Counted from the whole stretch's first letter, positions 31,745 through 41,990 are shown. The stretch is DNA of 63,804 bases, filler included, from Anaerolineae bacterium (GCA_029262755.1; 5 parts of 5 records of this genome joined end to end with filler, not necessarily neighbours in it), one strand, 5' to 3'. Notes: a model not told the origin generated them from the sequence alone. Translations and numbers: made by a program.

Positions 31745-32689
31745 ATGCAGGGCAAGTACGCCTTTTTCGACGGCGGCATTGTGCCGATCGAAGACGCGAA
31801 GGTCAGCGTCCGTACCCATTCCTTCAACTACGGCACGGGCTGCTTCGAGGGGATTCGCGGCTATTGGAATCCCGAAGAGCGGCAGATGCTCGTGTTCCGC
31901 ATGCGCGAACACTACGTGCGCTTCCTGCAATCGTGCTCGTTGCTGATGATCAAGCTGCCCTACGACGCCGATCAACTGTGCGCCATCACCCTCGATCTTC
32001 TGCGCAAGGAAGGCTTTGAGTCCGATACCTACATCCGCCCGTTGGCCTACAAGTCTGACGAGCTAATCGGCGTGAAGCTCCACGGCCTGACCGACGCCCT
32101 GACGATCTTTGCCACCCCCTTCGGGCGCTACGTCGACGCGGAAGAAGGGGCGCGCGTGCACGTCTCTTCGTGGCGTCGCATCGACGACAATGCCTTGCCG
32201 GCGCGCGGTAAGATCGTCGGCGCCTACGTCAACAGCGCCTTCTCCAAGACGGAAGCCCTGCTCAACGGCTTCGACGAGGCCATCGTCCTGACCCAGGACG
32301 GGCACGTCAGCGAGGGCAGCGCAGAGAACCTGTTCGTCATGCGCGACGGCACGGTCTACACGCCGCCCGTCACCGACAATATCCTGGAGGGCATCACCCG
32401 CGACACCGTGATGCACCTGCTCAGCGAGGAGATGGGTCTGCCCGTCGTGGAGCGCTCCATCGACCGGACGGAACTGTACTGTGCCGACGAGGTGTTTATG
32501 AGCGGCACGGGCGTCCAGATCGCGGCCATCATCGAGATCGATCACCGACCGGTCGGCACCGGCGCGATGGGTCCCACCGTACGGGCGCTGCGGGATCGCT
32601 ACTTCGACGTAGTCCGAGGTCGCGCTCCCCAGTACCGGTCCTGGTGTGAGCCGGTCTATGTCGGCGCGAACGAGAAGGTGACCGCTTGA
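31745..32689 (+). CDS. ilvE: Branched-chain amino acid aminotransferase
   Basis: HSFNYGTGCFEGIRGY, GKIVGAYVNS, EGSAENLF, ILEGITR. Confidence 0.93.
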   Translation: MQGKYAFFDGGIVPIEDAKVSVRTHSFNYGTGCFEGIRGYWNPEERQMLVFRMREHYVRFLQSCSLLMIKLPYDADQLCAITLDLLRKEGFESDTYIRPLAYKSDELIGVKLHGLTDALTIFATPFGRYVDAEEGARVHVSSWRRIDDNALPARGKIVGAYVNSAFSKTEALLNGFDEAIVLTQDGHVSEGSAENLFVMRDGTVYTPPVTDNILEGITRDTVMHLLSEEMGLPVVERSIDRTELYCADEVFMSGTGVQIAAIIEIDHRPVGTGAMGPTVRALRDRYFDVVRGRAPQYRSWCEPVYVGANEKVTA

Positions 32690-32726
32690 CCTTCCACCCG
32701 CCGTTGGGCGAAGTCACCCGCTGACC

Positions 32727-33584
32727 ATGGCAACGCAAACGCCTTCTCCGCACACTTCGCGCACCGCTCGTCTGCGCGCAGGGATCCCGCTCATCGCCGC
32801 CGCGGCGATGCTGGCGATGATCTTCGCGCCTACGTTGCGCTGGCTGGCCGATACGTGGCGGGTTCATCCCTACTACGGCCATGGACCGCTCGTCGTGGCT
32901 GCGGCCGTCTTCCTCGCCTGGCGCGCTCGGGATGCGTGGCGGTCCAACACACCATCCGCGCTGGGGCTCATCCCGCTTGGCGCGGGGCTGGCCCTACACG
33001 TGATTGCGCTACCGATGTCCGCGCGGCTTGTTTCCGCCGCGGGCCTGTTGCTCGCCCTCGCCGGCCTCGCCCTCTTGGGCGGCGGATTGCCGCGGATGAG
33101 GGCCCTTTCGCTGCCCTTGCTCCTGCTTGCCTTGGCCGTGCCGCTCCCGCTGGTCGAGCGAACGGCGCCGTTCTTGGCCGCGCGGGTCGCTAGCGTCGCC
33201 GCCTGGTCTGCCGGCGCATTGGGCGCTGTCGTTCAGCAGAAGGGGGCGCAGCTGATCGTCGGCGACGGTGTGCTCGCGGTGGGCGCACCGTGCAGCGGGC
33301 TGCGATCGCTCGTCGCGCTGCTGACCCTGGCCGTGTTCTTGGCGGGGGTGCTGGACGGCCCGCCGATGCGCCGCTCGCTGATCGTGCTTGCTGCGCTCCC
33401 GCTGGCCCTCGTGGCCAACGGCGCGCGGCTCACGGCATTGCTTTGGGTGGCCCATGCTCAAGGCACAGATGCCGGCCTGGCGCTCTTCCATGGCCCGGTT
33501 GCACCGCTGCTCTATATGGCTGCAGCGGTCGGTTTGGTCGCCATCTCGCGAGGCTTGGGCTTTGATGTCCGCCCAAGCGCCTGA
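32727..33584 (+). CDS. Exosortase/archaeosortase family transpeptidase
   Basis: Multi-TM; HPYYGHG, PCSGLRS (Cys), ANGARL (Arg), FHG (His). Confidence 0.85.
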   Translation: MATQTPSPHTSRTARLRAGIPLIAAAAMLAMIFAPTLRWLADTWRVHPYYGHGPLVVAAAVFLAWRARDAWRSNTPSALGLIPLGAGLALHVIALPMSARLVSAAGLLLALAGLALLGGGLPRMRALSLPLLLLALAVPLPLVERTAPFLAARVASVAAWSAGALGAVVQQKGAQLIVGDGVLAVGAPCSGLRSLVALLTLAVFLAGVLDGPPMRRSLIVLAALPLALVANGARLTALLWVAHAQGTDAGLALFHGPVAPLLYMAAAVGLVAISRGLGFDVRPSA

Positions 33585-34581
33585 TTCGTCCGACATCTCC
33601 GCGGACGGTCTGCCTCCCGCCGAGGACGATCGACGGTCCGCGCAGCATTGGGCGTCGGACACCTCGTCTGAGCCGAGCATGCTGCCTGCAACGGGGAATA
33701 CGCGCGCGGCAGGCGATACCGTGGGCGACTCGCTGCGCGACTCGGTACGCGATGACGAGCTCGACAACACCGCGCCACCGGTTCCGCCGACGGACCTACG
33801 TGCCGCCGGGGAACGCCTCGCCGCGGTCGATAGCGAAGCCGGAACGACGACCGGCGCCGACGACGACACGGCCGCGCGCTCGCGACGCCTCTGGTGGGCG
33901 GGGGCGGCCGTGGCGGCCGTCGGCCTGCTCGCCGCGTGGTGGCCGCGCGATGAGGCTGCGCCGCCCGTTTCCTCCGTGCCGTCCGCGCGCCACGTCTACT
34001 TCGCCGACGTCGCAGGCTGGTACAAGCAGACGCCGGCCGAGGTGGCGATCGCCTCGCCATACGACCTCACGCTGGCCGCGCTGCCTGCCGGCCTCCCCAT
34101 GGCTCTCGGGCCGTGGCAAGGAGGCGAGCGCATCCACGATCCCGCGGTGGACCAGTGGTTCCGCGATCCTCCCGTCTCGATCGAGCGCACGTACCGCAGG
34201 GCGGACGGCGAGCTGATCTGGCTTTCCGCCTTCGGGCACGAGGGTCGGCCGAGCTACCACCTCTTCGAGCATACGCCGGAGATCTGCTATCCGCTCGGCG
34301 GCTGGGAGGTCGAGCATTTCGCGCCCGCCAAGCTCTCGTTCGGGGACGGACCTCGCCCCTTCACCGTCAACCACGGCATCGCAACGAAGCCGGACGGCTC
34401 ACGTCTGGTGTTCGTCTTCTTCTACCTGTGGGACCAACCGGCCCGCAACCCGGAACGGGGTGTGCTCTCGATTCGCATCGCGGCCCCCGTGCGCACCAGC
34501 CCCGAAGCTACGCTTGCGCTGCTCGAGGACGATTTCTTAGCGCGGATCTTCGACGGCACGCTCGCCTGGCGGCGGTTCTAG
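33565..34581 (+). CDS. Exosortase-associated EpsI family protein with long acidic N-terminal extension
   Basis: LPMALGPWQG, RTYRRADGELIWL, HTPEICYPLGGW; overlaps exosortase stop. Confidence 0.75.
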   Translation: MSAQAPDSSDISADGLPPAEDDRRSAQHWASDTSSEPSMLPATGNTRAAGDTVGDSLRDSVRDDELDNTAPPVPPTDLRAAGERLAAVDSEAGTTTGADDDTAARSRRLWWAGAAVAAVGLLAAWWPRDEAAPPVSSVPSARHVYFADVAGWYKQTPAEVAIASPYDLTLAALPAGLPMALGPWQGGERIHDPAVDQWFRDPPVSIERTYRRADGELIWLSAFGHEGRPSYHLFEHTPEICYPLGGWEVEHFAPAKLSFGDGPRPFTVNHGIATKPDGSRLVFVFFYLWDQPARNPERGVLSIRIAAPVRTSPEATLALLEDDFLARIFDGTLAWRRF

Positions 34582-35487
34582 ATGGACTTCGAGGCCGCTC
34601 GATCCCGCGGCGGGCTGATCGGCGCCGGCGCTGCGATCTTGTGTCTCGCGCTCTCGATCGGCCTCGGTTGGGCCGCGGCGCAAGCCGGTCCGAGCCCACG
34701 CGCCGTGCTGTTGCTGCTGCCCCTTGTCGCGCTGCTGCCGCTAGGCGCATGGTTGGCCTACGGGGCCGTCTCCCACAGTTCGTTGCGCTATCACGTGGGG
34801 CGCGACGGCGTGATCATGCGTTGGTCCGGCGCCCGACAGGTCGTGCCCATGGCCGAGATCACGCACCTGCTCAACCGCCCTGTGGACGAAACCAAGGGCC
34901 CTGCGCGGTTGCCGATCTGGCGCGCCGGTCGGGCCGTCGTGCACGGCGAGGACTTCGGGGAGCGCGAAGCCCTCGTCCTCGCCACGGTGCCGCCCGCGGA
35001 GCAGCTGCTGATCGTCACGCGCGCCCTCGCCTATTGCATCTCTCCCGCCGACCCGGCCTCCTTCGTCGACGAGTTCAAGCGACGTCGCGCCCTCGGCGCA
35101 CGGCAAGCGCTCGAAGAACGTACGGAGCCACCGCGCTGGGCGCGGTTCTCCATCTTGGGCGATCGTCTGGCCGGGCTGCTGATCGTCGCGTGCGCGGCCA
35201 TTTGTGGTCTCGCGTTCGCCCTGTTGGCGTGGCAATATCCTGACCTTCCGGGCGAGTTGTCCCTACGGTTCCGTTTCGATTCCGTGGTCGGGGCGCCCCT
35301 TCCCGGCCCCGGTGCGCCAACGCGCATTGCCTGGCGATTGCCCATCCTCGGCTTGGCGGCACTCGTGTTCAACGGACTGCTCGCCTTTCGCGTCCACGAC
35401 GGGGCACGCCTGGCCGCCAGGTTGTTGTTGGTCGGTGCGTTGCTCGTGCAACTCGCCCTCGCCGTCGCGGTGATCCGCGCCATCTAG
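34582..35487 (+). CDS. Membrane protein with bacterial PH-like domain
   Basis: 2 TM, LRYHVGRDGVIMRW...YCISPADPASF, further TMs; abuts epsI stop. Confidence 0.7.
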   Translation: MDFEAARSRGGLIGAGAAILCLALSIGLGWAAAQAGPSPRAVLLLLPLVALLPLGAWLAYGAVSHSSLRYHVGRDGVIMRWSGARQVVPMAEITHLLNRPVDETKGPARLPIWRAGRAVVHGEDFGEREALVLATVPPAEQLLIVTRALAYCISPADPASFVDEFKRRRALGARQALEERTEPPRWARFSILGDRLAGLLIVACAAICGLAFALLAWQYPDLPGELSLRFRFDSVVGAPLPGPGAPTRIAWRLPILGLAALVFNGLLAFRVHDGARLAARLLLVGALLVQLALAVAVIRAI

Positions 35488-35604
35488 CCCGCAGCATCCG
35501 TTGCGCACTCAACACCGTGGCACACTCAACACCGTTGCACCCTCGGCACCGTGTTCCCCCGTGCCCCACGACCATCGTGGCGGACTTCAAAATCGGAGCG
35601 CACC

Positions 35605-37671
35605 GTGACCCCGACCGTCACCGAACGAATCGGCATCGACATCGGCCACGCGGAGACGGCCCCGGAACGCGCGGCCGCCGCCGCACGCGCCGGCGCGCGT
35701 ATCGTGCGCCTGCGATTCGCGCTCTCGGGCAGTTCCGGCGTCGACGACGCCGTGCTCGCCCGAGCCCGAGCCGCAACCAAGGCCGCACGCGACGCACGAA
35801 TACGCGTGCTCGCCGTGCTCGACCACGACCTGACCGTCGCGCCGGGCGGGGCGGCCGGTTTGGGTGTATCACCGGCCGTCGCCGAAGCGTGGGGCCGTGA
35901 GTTGGCCGGCAACGCCGAACGGCTCGCCGCGGCGTTGGGCGATCAAGTCGCTGCGTGGGAGGTGCTGCCGGGGCCGAATTGGCGCGGCCCCTCCGGCTCC
36001 GTTCCGCGTCTGCCCGCCGCGCGCTGGGCCGCCTTGCTCGCCGAGGTCGCCACCGCGCTGCGCGACGGGCATCCGGAAGCGCAGGTCGTCGCCGGCGCGT
36101 TGATCAGCGACGACGAGGACGATGGCGTCGCGTACTTGCGTGAAGCCGCTTCCGCCGGTGGATGGCGTTCGCACGCCGGCGCGCCGGTCGATGCCCTCGC
36201 CGTTCAGCTGGCCGTGCTGCCCGAAGGCGGCCCGTCGGAAGGCGTGGTGGCCGCCACGGTCGCAGAGCGTACCCAGCGCCTGTGGCGTGCCGCGGAATCG
36301 TGCATCGCCGGCGCACGCCGCCCCAAGGGCTTGTGGGTGACAGGCGTTAGCTGGGACGCGATCTACGCCGGCGAAGCCGCCCAAGCCCGCAACCTGTGGA
36401 CCGCGCTGGACACGCTTTCCGCCGACCCGAGCATTGCGGCCGTCATCTGGACGGCCCTCGTCGACCAGAATGCGTCCAACGGGCTCTTCGCCTCCTCCGG
36501 CTCCCTGGACGCCGCATCGCGCCGACCGGCGTGGACGGCCTTCCACGACTTCGCCACTTACGCACGTCAGATCAGCCCACCGATCGGCGCCGCGACCCTC
36601 GTTCTAGGCGCGGACGGCACGACGGACGGAGACGAGGCGCTCACGGATCTCCCATTGACCGGCGAGATCGTCGACGCAGCCTTGCCCGGTATCAGCGAGG
36701 CACGGTCGACGTCGGATTTCGCGCCCTTGGGCGAGGACGATCCCACGTCGGCGGCAAACGATCGGCACGCGCAAGCCGCGGATGCGCAACAGGCCGCCAC
36801 CGACGCGCTCCCGGTCGGGCATCGTGCGCACGAGGACAACGAGGCTTCGGCCACGGAATCGTCCGTGCTGCCGACGGCCGATGAGGCCTACGTCGAGCCG
36901 CCTACCGAGCCGATCGCGACGCCGGTAGCGCAGGCGGCGAGGACGGTCCACGAGCCGGACGGCGCGCTCGACGATGCACGCGCTAGCGGTGACGGGCGCA
37001 CGGGAGGCTCGCAATCCGAGAGCGCCATCGATGGGAGCGCCATGGATGAGAGCGCCAATGCAGGAGGCACGGATGCCCTCTCCGATGCGGATGCCGGTGT
37101 CGGTCGCGACTTCGCGGCGGACGGACGTGCGGATCAGGCGGGGCCCGGCGCCGGCGATGGCGATGGCGCCGGCGATGGCCCGTTTGTAAGCGGGGCTTCG
37201 TCCAAGAACCCAACGCCCCCCGAAGACCATGGCGTCAGCGCCGGCGCCGTGCGCTTCCGCATGCCGACGATCGCAGAAGTTCTCTCCGCCACGGGCCTCA
37301 GCGGAGCGCGCCATGCGGCGGCGCTGGCGGAGATCGACCGTCGCTACGGCAGCCGCGAATGGCTACCGCCCGGCGCGTACGATATCGATCTGCCGCTCGT
37401 GCAGGATGCGGACATCGACGATCCGGAGCGCGGCGCGTCGCCCGCGTTGGCTTCGCGCCCGACGCCGACCAACCAAACCGTGCTATCCGCGCTCTATCAA
37501 GTGGGCGGTGGATCCTGGGCACTGCTCGAGCGCGTCGGTCTCGATCTAGCAACCCTCGTCACCGGCCGCGACGCTCCCTACGAGGGACCCGACCTGACGC
37601 GTGCGGAGGGACTAACGTCCGAACAGCGCGCGGCCCTGGCTCGAGCTCTAGCTGGCCCGGCCCCGGAGTAG
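35605..37671 (+). CDS. Glycoside-hydrolase clan A-like TIM barrel lacking catalytic Glu, acidic linker, small C-terminal domain
   Basis: AAWEVLPGPNW (cf. WEIWNEPN), LWVTGVSW (cf. LWVTEFGW), VDALAVQ; start uncertain. Confidence 0.65.
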   Translation: MTPTVTERIGIDIGHAETAPERAAAAARAGARIVRLRFALSGSSGVDDAVLARARAATKAARDARIRVLAVLDHDLTVAPGGAAGLGVSPAVAEAWGRELAGNAERLAAALGDQVAAWEVLPGPNWRGPSGSVPRLPAARWAALLAEVATALRDGHPEAQVVAGALISDDEDDGVAYLREAASAGGWRSHAGAPVDALAVQLAVLPEGGPSEGVVAATVAERTQRLWRAAESCIAGARRPKGLWVTGVSWDAIYAGEAAQARNLWTALDTLSADPSIAAVIWTALVDQNASNGLFASSGSLDAASRRPAWTAFHDFATYARQISPPIGAATLVLGADGTTDGDEALTDLPLTGEIVDAALPGISEARSTSDFAPLGEDDPTSAANDRHAQAADAQQAATDALPVGHRAHEDNEASATESSVLPTADEAYVEPPTEPIATPVAQAARTVHEPDGALDDARASGDGRTGGSQSESAIDGSAMDESANAGGTDALSDADAGVGRDFAADGRADQAGPGAGDGDGAGDGPFVSGASSKNPTPPEDHGVSAGAVRFRMPTIAEVLSATGLSGARHAAALAEIDRRYGSREWLPPGAYDIDLPLVQDADIDDPERGASPALASRPTPTNQTVLSALYQVGGGSWALLERVGLDLATLVTGRDAPYEGPDLTRAEGLTSEQRAALARALAGPAPE

Positions 37672-37749
37672 AGGTGGGTCGCAGGCGCAGGCGCAAAAGT
37701 GGCGACGCGCGCAGTGCGAAGCGATATGCACCAAGGGCCACGTCGCATC

Positions 37750-37809
37750 GTGCGCGGAGTTGTGCGCGGAGTTGTGCACGGAGTTGTGCACGAAGCAGTG
37801 CACGGGCGT
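37750..37809. repeat. Degenerate 12-bp tandem repeat x5
   Basis: GTGCGCGGAGTT x2, GTGCACGGAGTT, GTGCACGAAGCA, GTGCACGGGCGT. Confidence 0.85.
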
Positions 37810-37866
37810 CCGCGTAGCGATGGGTTGCTGGAACTCGCTGCGATGTCCGGCAGCGCGCTCCCTACC

Positions 37867-39108
37867 CTAACCTCCGCTCCGGTCCCGTTTCTTCTTCGCC
37901 TTGCTTGTCCCGTTGAGGCGGGCTTGCTGCGCGCGGTCCTCCGGTAACTCGGCGCTGCCGTTCTCCTTCGCCAGGCGCCTGCGTCGTGCTCGGCGCCGCA
38001 TTCGGATCTCCCAGAACCGCACCTCGCGTTCCGCACGGTGCGCGAAGCTCTTGACGCCTGCAAGACCGAACCGCGCGCCCTGAACGCTGCGCCGCCACAT
38101 CGACCACTCGCGGTCCGCCGGATCGTAGGTCCACTCCACGAGGGCCGCACCCCATGTAAGCCCGCCGCCGAAGCCGACCATGACCCCGTGGTCTCCGGCA
38201 CGTACGCGGCCCTCCTCAATGGCCTCGACCAACGCAAGCGGCACGCTTGCAGCGGAGGTATTACCGTAGTTGGCCAAGTTGCTGTAGATCCGCTCCAGCG
38301 GAATACCGAGCTGCTGGGCCGCCTTCGAGAGGATGCGGCTGTTCGCCTGGTGCGGGATGATCAGGTCGATGTCCTCGATCTCAAGCTCCGCGTCGCTCAC
38401 GACTTCTCGCGTCACACGGTCCACGATCCGGGTCGCAAAGCGGTACACCTCGCGGCCCGCCATTTTCATGAAGGGGCCATCACCCTTGGCCTGTCGCTCC
38501 GCAGAGACCGGATTGCGCGTTCCAAGCCCTACGGTGAGCACATCGCCGCCCGAGCCGTCCGAGCCAAGGCGGAAGCTCAGCACGCCACCGGCCATCTCCG
38601 ATGCCTGGAGCACGACAGCGCCCGCGCCGTCTCCGAAGAGCACGCAGGTGCTGCGGTCCGTCCAGTCCATGACGCGCGACATGGACTCGGAGCCCACCAC
38701 CAACGCGTTCTCGTACGCTCCCGAGCGCACCATGCTGGACGCTACGGACAGCGCATACACAAAGCCGGAACAGGCCGTGTTCAAGTCGAAGGCCGCGGCA
38801 TGGGTAGCCCCAAGACCGTCCTGGATCAGGCTCGCCGTGTTGGGCATCAGGTAGTCGGGCGTCGAGGTCGCGCACACTACCAGATCCAGACGACCGGGGT
38901 CGAGGTTTGCCCGCTGCAGGGCCTTGCGCCCCGCCTTGATCGCCATCGTCGACGTATGGTCTTCGTCGTCTGCTATATGCCGCTGTCGGATGCCGGTTCG
39001 CTCACGGATCCACGCATCGGATGTGGGCACCAGATGCGACAGCTCTTCGTTGGTCACAATCCGCGGAGGGACGTATGCGCCCCAACCCGTAATATGCGCA
39101 TAGCGCAT
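37867..39108 (-). CDS. fabH: 3-oxoacyl-ACP synthase III with basic C-terminal extension
   Basis: FDLNTACSGF, LFGDGAGA, PHQAN, YGNTSAAS, GFGGGLTWG. Confidence 0.95.
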   Translation of the reverse strand: MRYAHITGWGAYVPPRIVTNEELSHLVPTSDAWIRERTGIRQRHIADDEDHTSTMAIKAGRKALQRANLDPGRLDLVVCATSTPDYLMPNTASLIQDGLGATHAAAFDLNTACSGFVYALSVASSMVRSGAYENALVVGSESMSRVMDWTDRSTCVLFGDGAGAVVLQASEMAGGVLSFRLGSDGSGGDVLTVGLGTRNPVSAERQAKGDGPFMKMAGREVYRFATRIVDRVTREVVSDAELEIEDIDLIIPHQANSRILSKAAQQLGIPLERIYSNLANYGNTSAASVPLALVEAIEEGRVRAGDHGVMVGFGGGLTWGAALVEWTYDPADREWSMWRRSVQGARFGLAGVKSFAHRAEREVRFWEIRMRRRARRRRLAKENGSAELPEDRAQQARLNGTSKAKKKRDRSGG

Positions 39109-39143
39109 GGTCTACCGTCCTTCCCTGGCTGGGATCTCGTCCC

Positions 39144-40442
39144 TCAGGCGCGGCGGAAGATCAGACAGGCGTTGTGGCCCCCGAAGCCGAGAGAATTCGA
39201 CAAGACCACGTCCACGCCCTCCGTGTGCCGAGCCTGGTTCGGCACGTAGTCCAGATCGCACGTGGGATCCGGCGTCGTCTGGTTGATCGTCGGGGGCAAG
39301 ATCCCCGTCTCGATAACCTTGCAGCACGCGAAGGCCTCCACAGCGCCACCGGCACCGAGCAAGTGGCCGATCATCCCTTTTGTCGAGCTGATCGGCACGT
39401 CGTGGGCGCGATCTCCAAACAAGGTCTTCATGGCAACCGTCTCGGTCTTGTCGTTGAGCTCCGTGCTCGTACCGTGTGCGTTGACGTATTGAATGTCGTC
39501 CGGCGTGAGCCCGGCTTCCTCCAGCGCTGCTTGGATTGCGCGCAGGATGCCGTCTCCGTCCTCCGAAGGCGCCGTGATGTGGCCTGCGTCGCACGTGGAG
39601 CCGTAGCCGGCCAGCTCGCAGTAGATCCGGGCGCCACGCGCAACGGCGTGGTCCCAGCGTTCGAGAACGAGAATGCCGGCGCCCTCGCCCATGACGAAGC
39701 CGTCCCGCAGACCGTCGAAGGGCCGGCTGCCTACTTTCGGATCGCCGTCCCACTTCGAGAGCGCGCCCATGTTCTGAAAACCCGCCACCGTCACGGGGAT
39801 GATCGCCGCCTCCGCACCGCCGGCCACCATGACGTCTGCACGGCCGCGCTTAATAGCCTCGGCCGCCTCGCCGATCGCGTTGGCGCCCGACGCGCAGGCC
39901 GATACGTGGGCCATGTTGGGCCCGCGCAGGTTGTGCTCGATGGCCACCGCACCAGGCGTGGAGTCGATGAGCACCATCGGCACCGCCAACGGGCTCACCC
40001 GGCGCTGACCCCGTTCTTGCAGGACCGCCTCCGCCTCGACCAGCGTGCCCACGCCGCCCACGCCGGAGCCGACGTAGCAGCCGACCCGCTCCGGCGCCAT
40101 GATATCCGGATCGATGCGCCCATCTTCCCCGAGCAGCCCCGCGTCGTCCAGCGCTTCTCGGCCGGCCACCAACGCAAACTGCGTGACTCTGTCGTTGCGC
40201 TTGACCGTCTTGCGATCGAGATGGTCGGTGGCCTCGTAGTTGTTGATCTGCCCAGCGATGCGGGCGCTGAAGCCCATGCCCTCCGCGTCGAAGTGGGTGA
40301 TGGGCCCGATACCGGACACACCCTCGACGAACGACTGCCAGGTTGCTTCCGTATTCAGGCCGACCGGTGTGATCGCACCGAGCCCGGTGACCGCGATCCG
40401 TATGTCTTGCGTACCGCTACCTGCGTGGCGTTCGTTGCTCAT
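39144..40442 (-). CDS. fabF: 3-oxoacyl-ACP synthase II
   Basis: VTGLGAITPVG, SACASG, NAHGTST, GHLLGAGG, NSLGFGGHN. Confidence 0.96.
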   Translation of the reverse strand: MSNERHAGSGTQDIRIAVTGLGAITPVGLNTEATWQSFVEGVSGIGPITHFDAEGMGFSARIAGQINNYEATDHLDRKTVKRNDRVTQFALVAGREALDDAGLLGEDGRIDPDIMAPERVGCYVGSGVGGVGTLVEAEAVLQERGQRRVSPLAVPMVLIDSTPGAVAIEHNLRGPNMAHVSACASGANAIGEAAEAIKRGRADVMVAGGAEAAIIPVTVAGFQNMGALSKWDGDPKVGSRPFDGLRDGFVMGEGAGILVLERWDHAVARGARIYCELAGYGSTCDAGHITAPSEDGDGILRAIQAALEEAGLTPDDIQYVNAHGTSTELNDKTETVAMKTLFGDRAHDVPISSTKGMIGHLLGAGGAVEAFACCKVIETGILPPTINQTTPDPTCDLDYVPNQARHTEGVDVVLSNSLGFGGHNACLIFRRA

Positions 40443-40524
40443 GGGGACGTGGCTCCTGGTGGGAACGTCGGGCAAGTATACAGCGTCGCGCGGCTCCGCA
40501 TCGGGCGTGGGCTCTCGTGGGAGC

Positions 40525-41763
40525 ATGCTAGTATTGGCCGCCGCCCAACGCTCACCCCCGCCATGCGGCCCTTCGGTCCATGTTCCGGAGCTTCCCTTGA
40601 TCGACTGGACCCTGGCCGACCCCCTCGTTGCCGGTGTGGAAGACGACGTGACGGACGTGTTCGCCGTCCACGACGCGCGCCTCCAGAAATTGCCGGGTGG
40701 GGCCAAAGCGGTCGTGCTCTTCGGCCGCTTCCTGCGCAGTTCGTCGATGGTATACGAGACCGTCGCGCCGCGCTTGGCCGAGCGCGGCCTCCTGACGTTG
40801 CTCCGCCGCGAGGGCGACCGCGACGTGCTCATCGCCCAACCCGCGCCGCCGGCTCGTGGCCGCAGGCGCGTGTGGATCAACGCCTTGCTGTTGATCGCTA
40901 CGATCGCGAGCACGATCTCGGCCGGTGCCTTCCAGTCCCTTTCCGAAGCCGCGAACGAACGTCTCAACGCCGCAACGGGCGAGTTTGACCTGATGTGGCG
41001 CTTGGCAGCCGAGGTCGCCGCCGACTGGACGTCCGGGATCCCGTTTATGCTCGCCTTGCTCGGCATCCTCGGGGTGCACGAGCTCGGCCACTACTTCGCG
41101 GGCCGCTACTACAAGCTTCCGGTCAGCCTACCGTACTTCATACCGTTCCCGCTCAACTACCTCACCGGCACCCTCGGCGCGGTCATCCGCATCGACGGCC
41201 CCTTCGCGTCCCGCAAGGCCTTGTTCGATGTCGGCATCGCGGGTCCACTCGCGGGCCTCGCGATTGCGATCCCCGTCACGATCGCCGGCCTGGCGCAGGC
41301 GGATCTCGTGCCGGTCCTGGGCGAAGGTTCGATCGTATTCCAGGAACCGATGCTCTTTCGCGCCATTGCGCATTGGTTGGTCGGACCTCGTCCGCCCGGC
41401 ATGGACCTGGAGATGAACCCGCTGCTCATGGCCGGCTGGTGGGGGCTGCTCGTGACCGCCATCAACCTCTTCCCGGTTTCACAGCTGGACGGCGGCCACA
41501 TCAGCTACGCGCTGTTCGGGCGCGCGCACCGCTGGGTGGCGTGGGGCATGTACGCCTTCGCGTTGGTCGTCACCTTCTCCAACGCGGACGGCATGGCCTA
41601 CGTCCTGATGCTGGGGCTCGTGCTCTTCATGGGCATCACGCACCCGCCCGCCCTCGACGACGTCACGCCCGTGGACGGATGGCGCCGCTTGCTCGGGCTG
41701 GCCACGCTCGCGCTGTTCTTCCTGTTGATCACCCCGCAGCCGATCACGTTTGGCGGGCCGTAG
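40525..41763 (+). CDS. Site-2 protease (peptidase M50)
   Basis: HELGH, DVGIAGPLAG, NLFPVSQLDGGH; start uncertain. Confidence 0.9.
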   Translation: MLVLAAAQRSPPPCGPSVHVPELPLIDWTLADPLVAGVEDDVTDVFAVHDARLQKLPGGAKAVVLFGRFLRSSSMVYETVAPRLAERGLLTLLRREGDRDVLIAQPAPPARGRRRVWINALLLIATIASTISAGAFQSLSEAANERLNAATGEFDLMWRLAAEVAADWTSGIPFMLALLGILGVHELGHYFAGRYYKLPVSLPYFIPFPLNYLTGTLGAVIRIDGPFASRKALFDVGIAGPLAGLAIAIPVTIAGLAQADLVPVLGEGSIVFQEPMLFRAIAHWLVGPRPPGMDLEMNPLLMAGWWGLLVTAINLFPVSQLDGGHISYALFGRAHRWVAWGMYAFALVVTFSNADGMAYVLMLGLVLFMGITHPPALDDVTPVDGWRRLLGLATLALFFLLITPQPITFGGP

Positions 41764-41990
41764 GCGGTTGGTCGTGTCGGACGAGCGTGTGGATTGGGCG
41801 ATGGCGCGGATCGATGGTTGGGGCGCGTGGATTGGGACCCTCCGAACGATAAGCAGGGCGCGGCGGAGAAACAGATTGGGAGGGGACTATCGGCCCTGTG
41901 GCGCTGGACCGAGTCTTTTCGGAGCTAGGCGGGCGCGCGCATCGTCGATCGGGTTTGAAACCGCAGGACGGGCATCGCGAACCTGTGGCG

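Noticed and set aside
37750..37809. CRISPR array
   Set aside because: 12-bp units, no spacers, no cas genes
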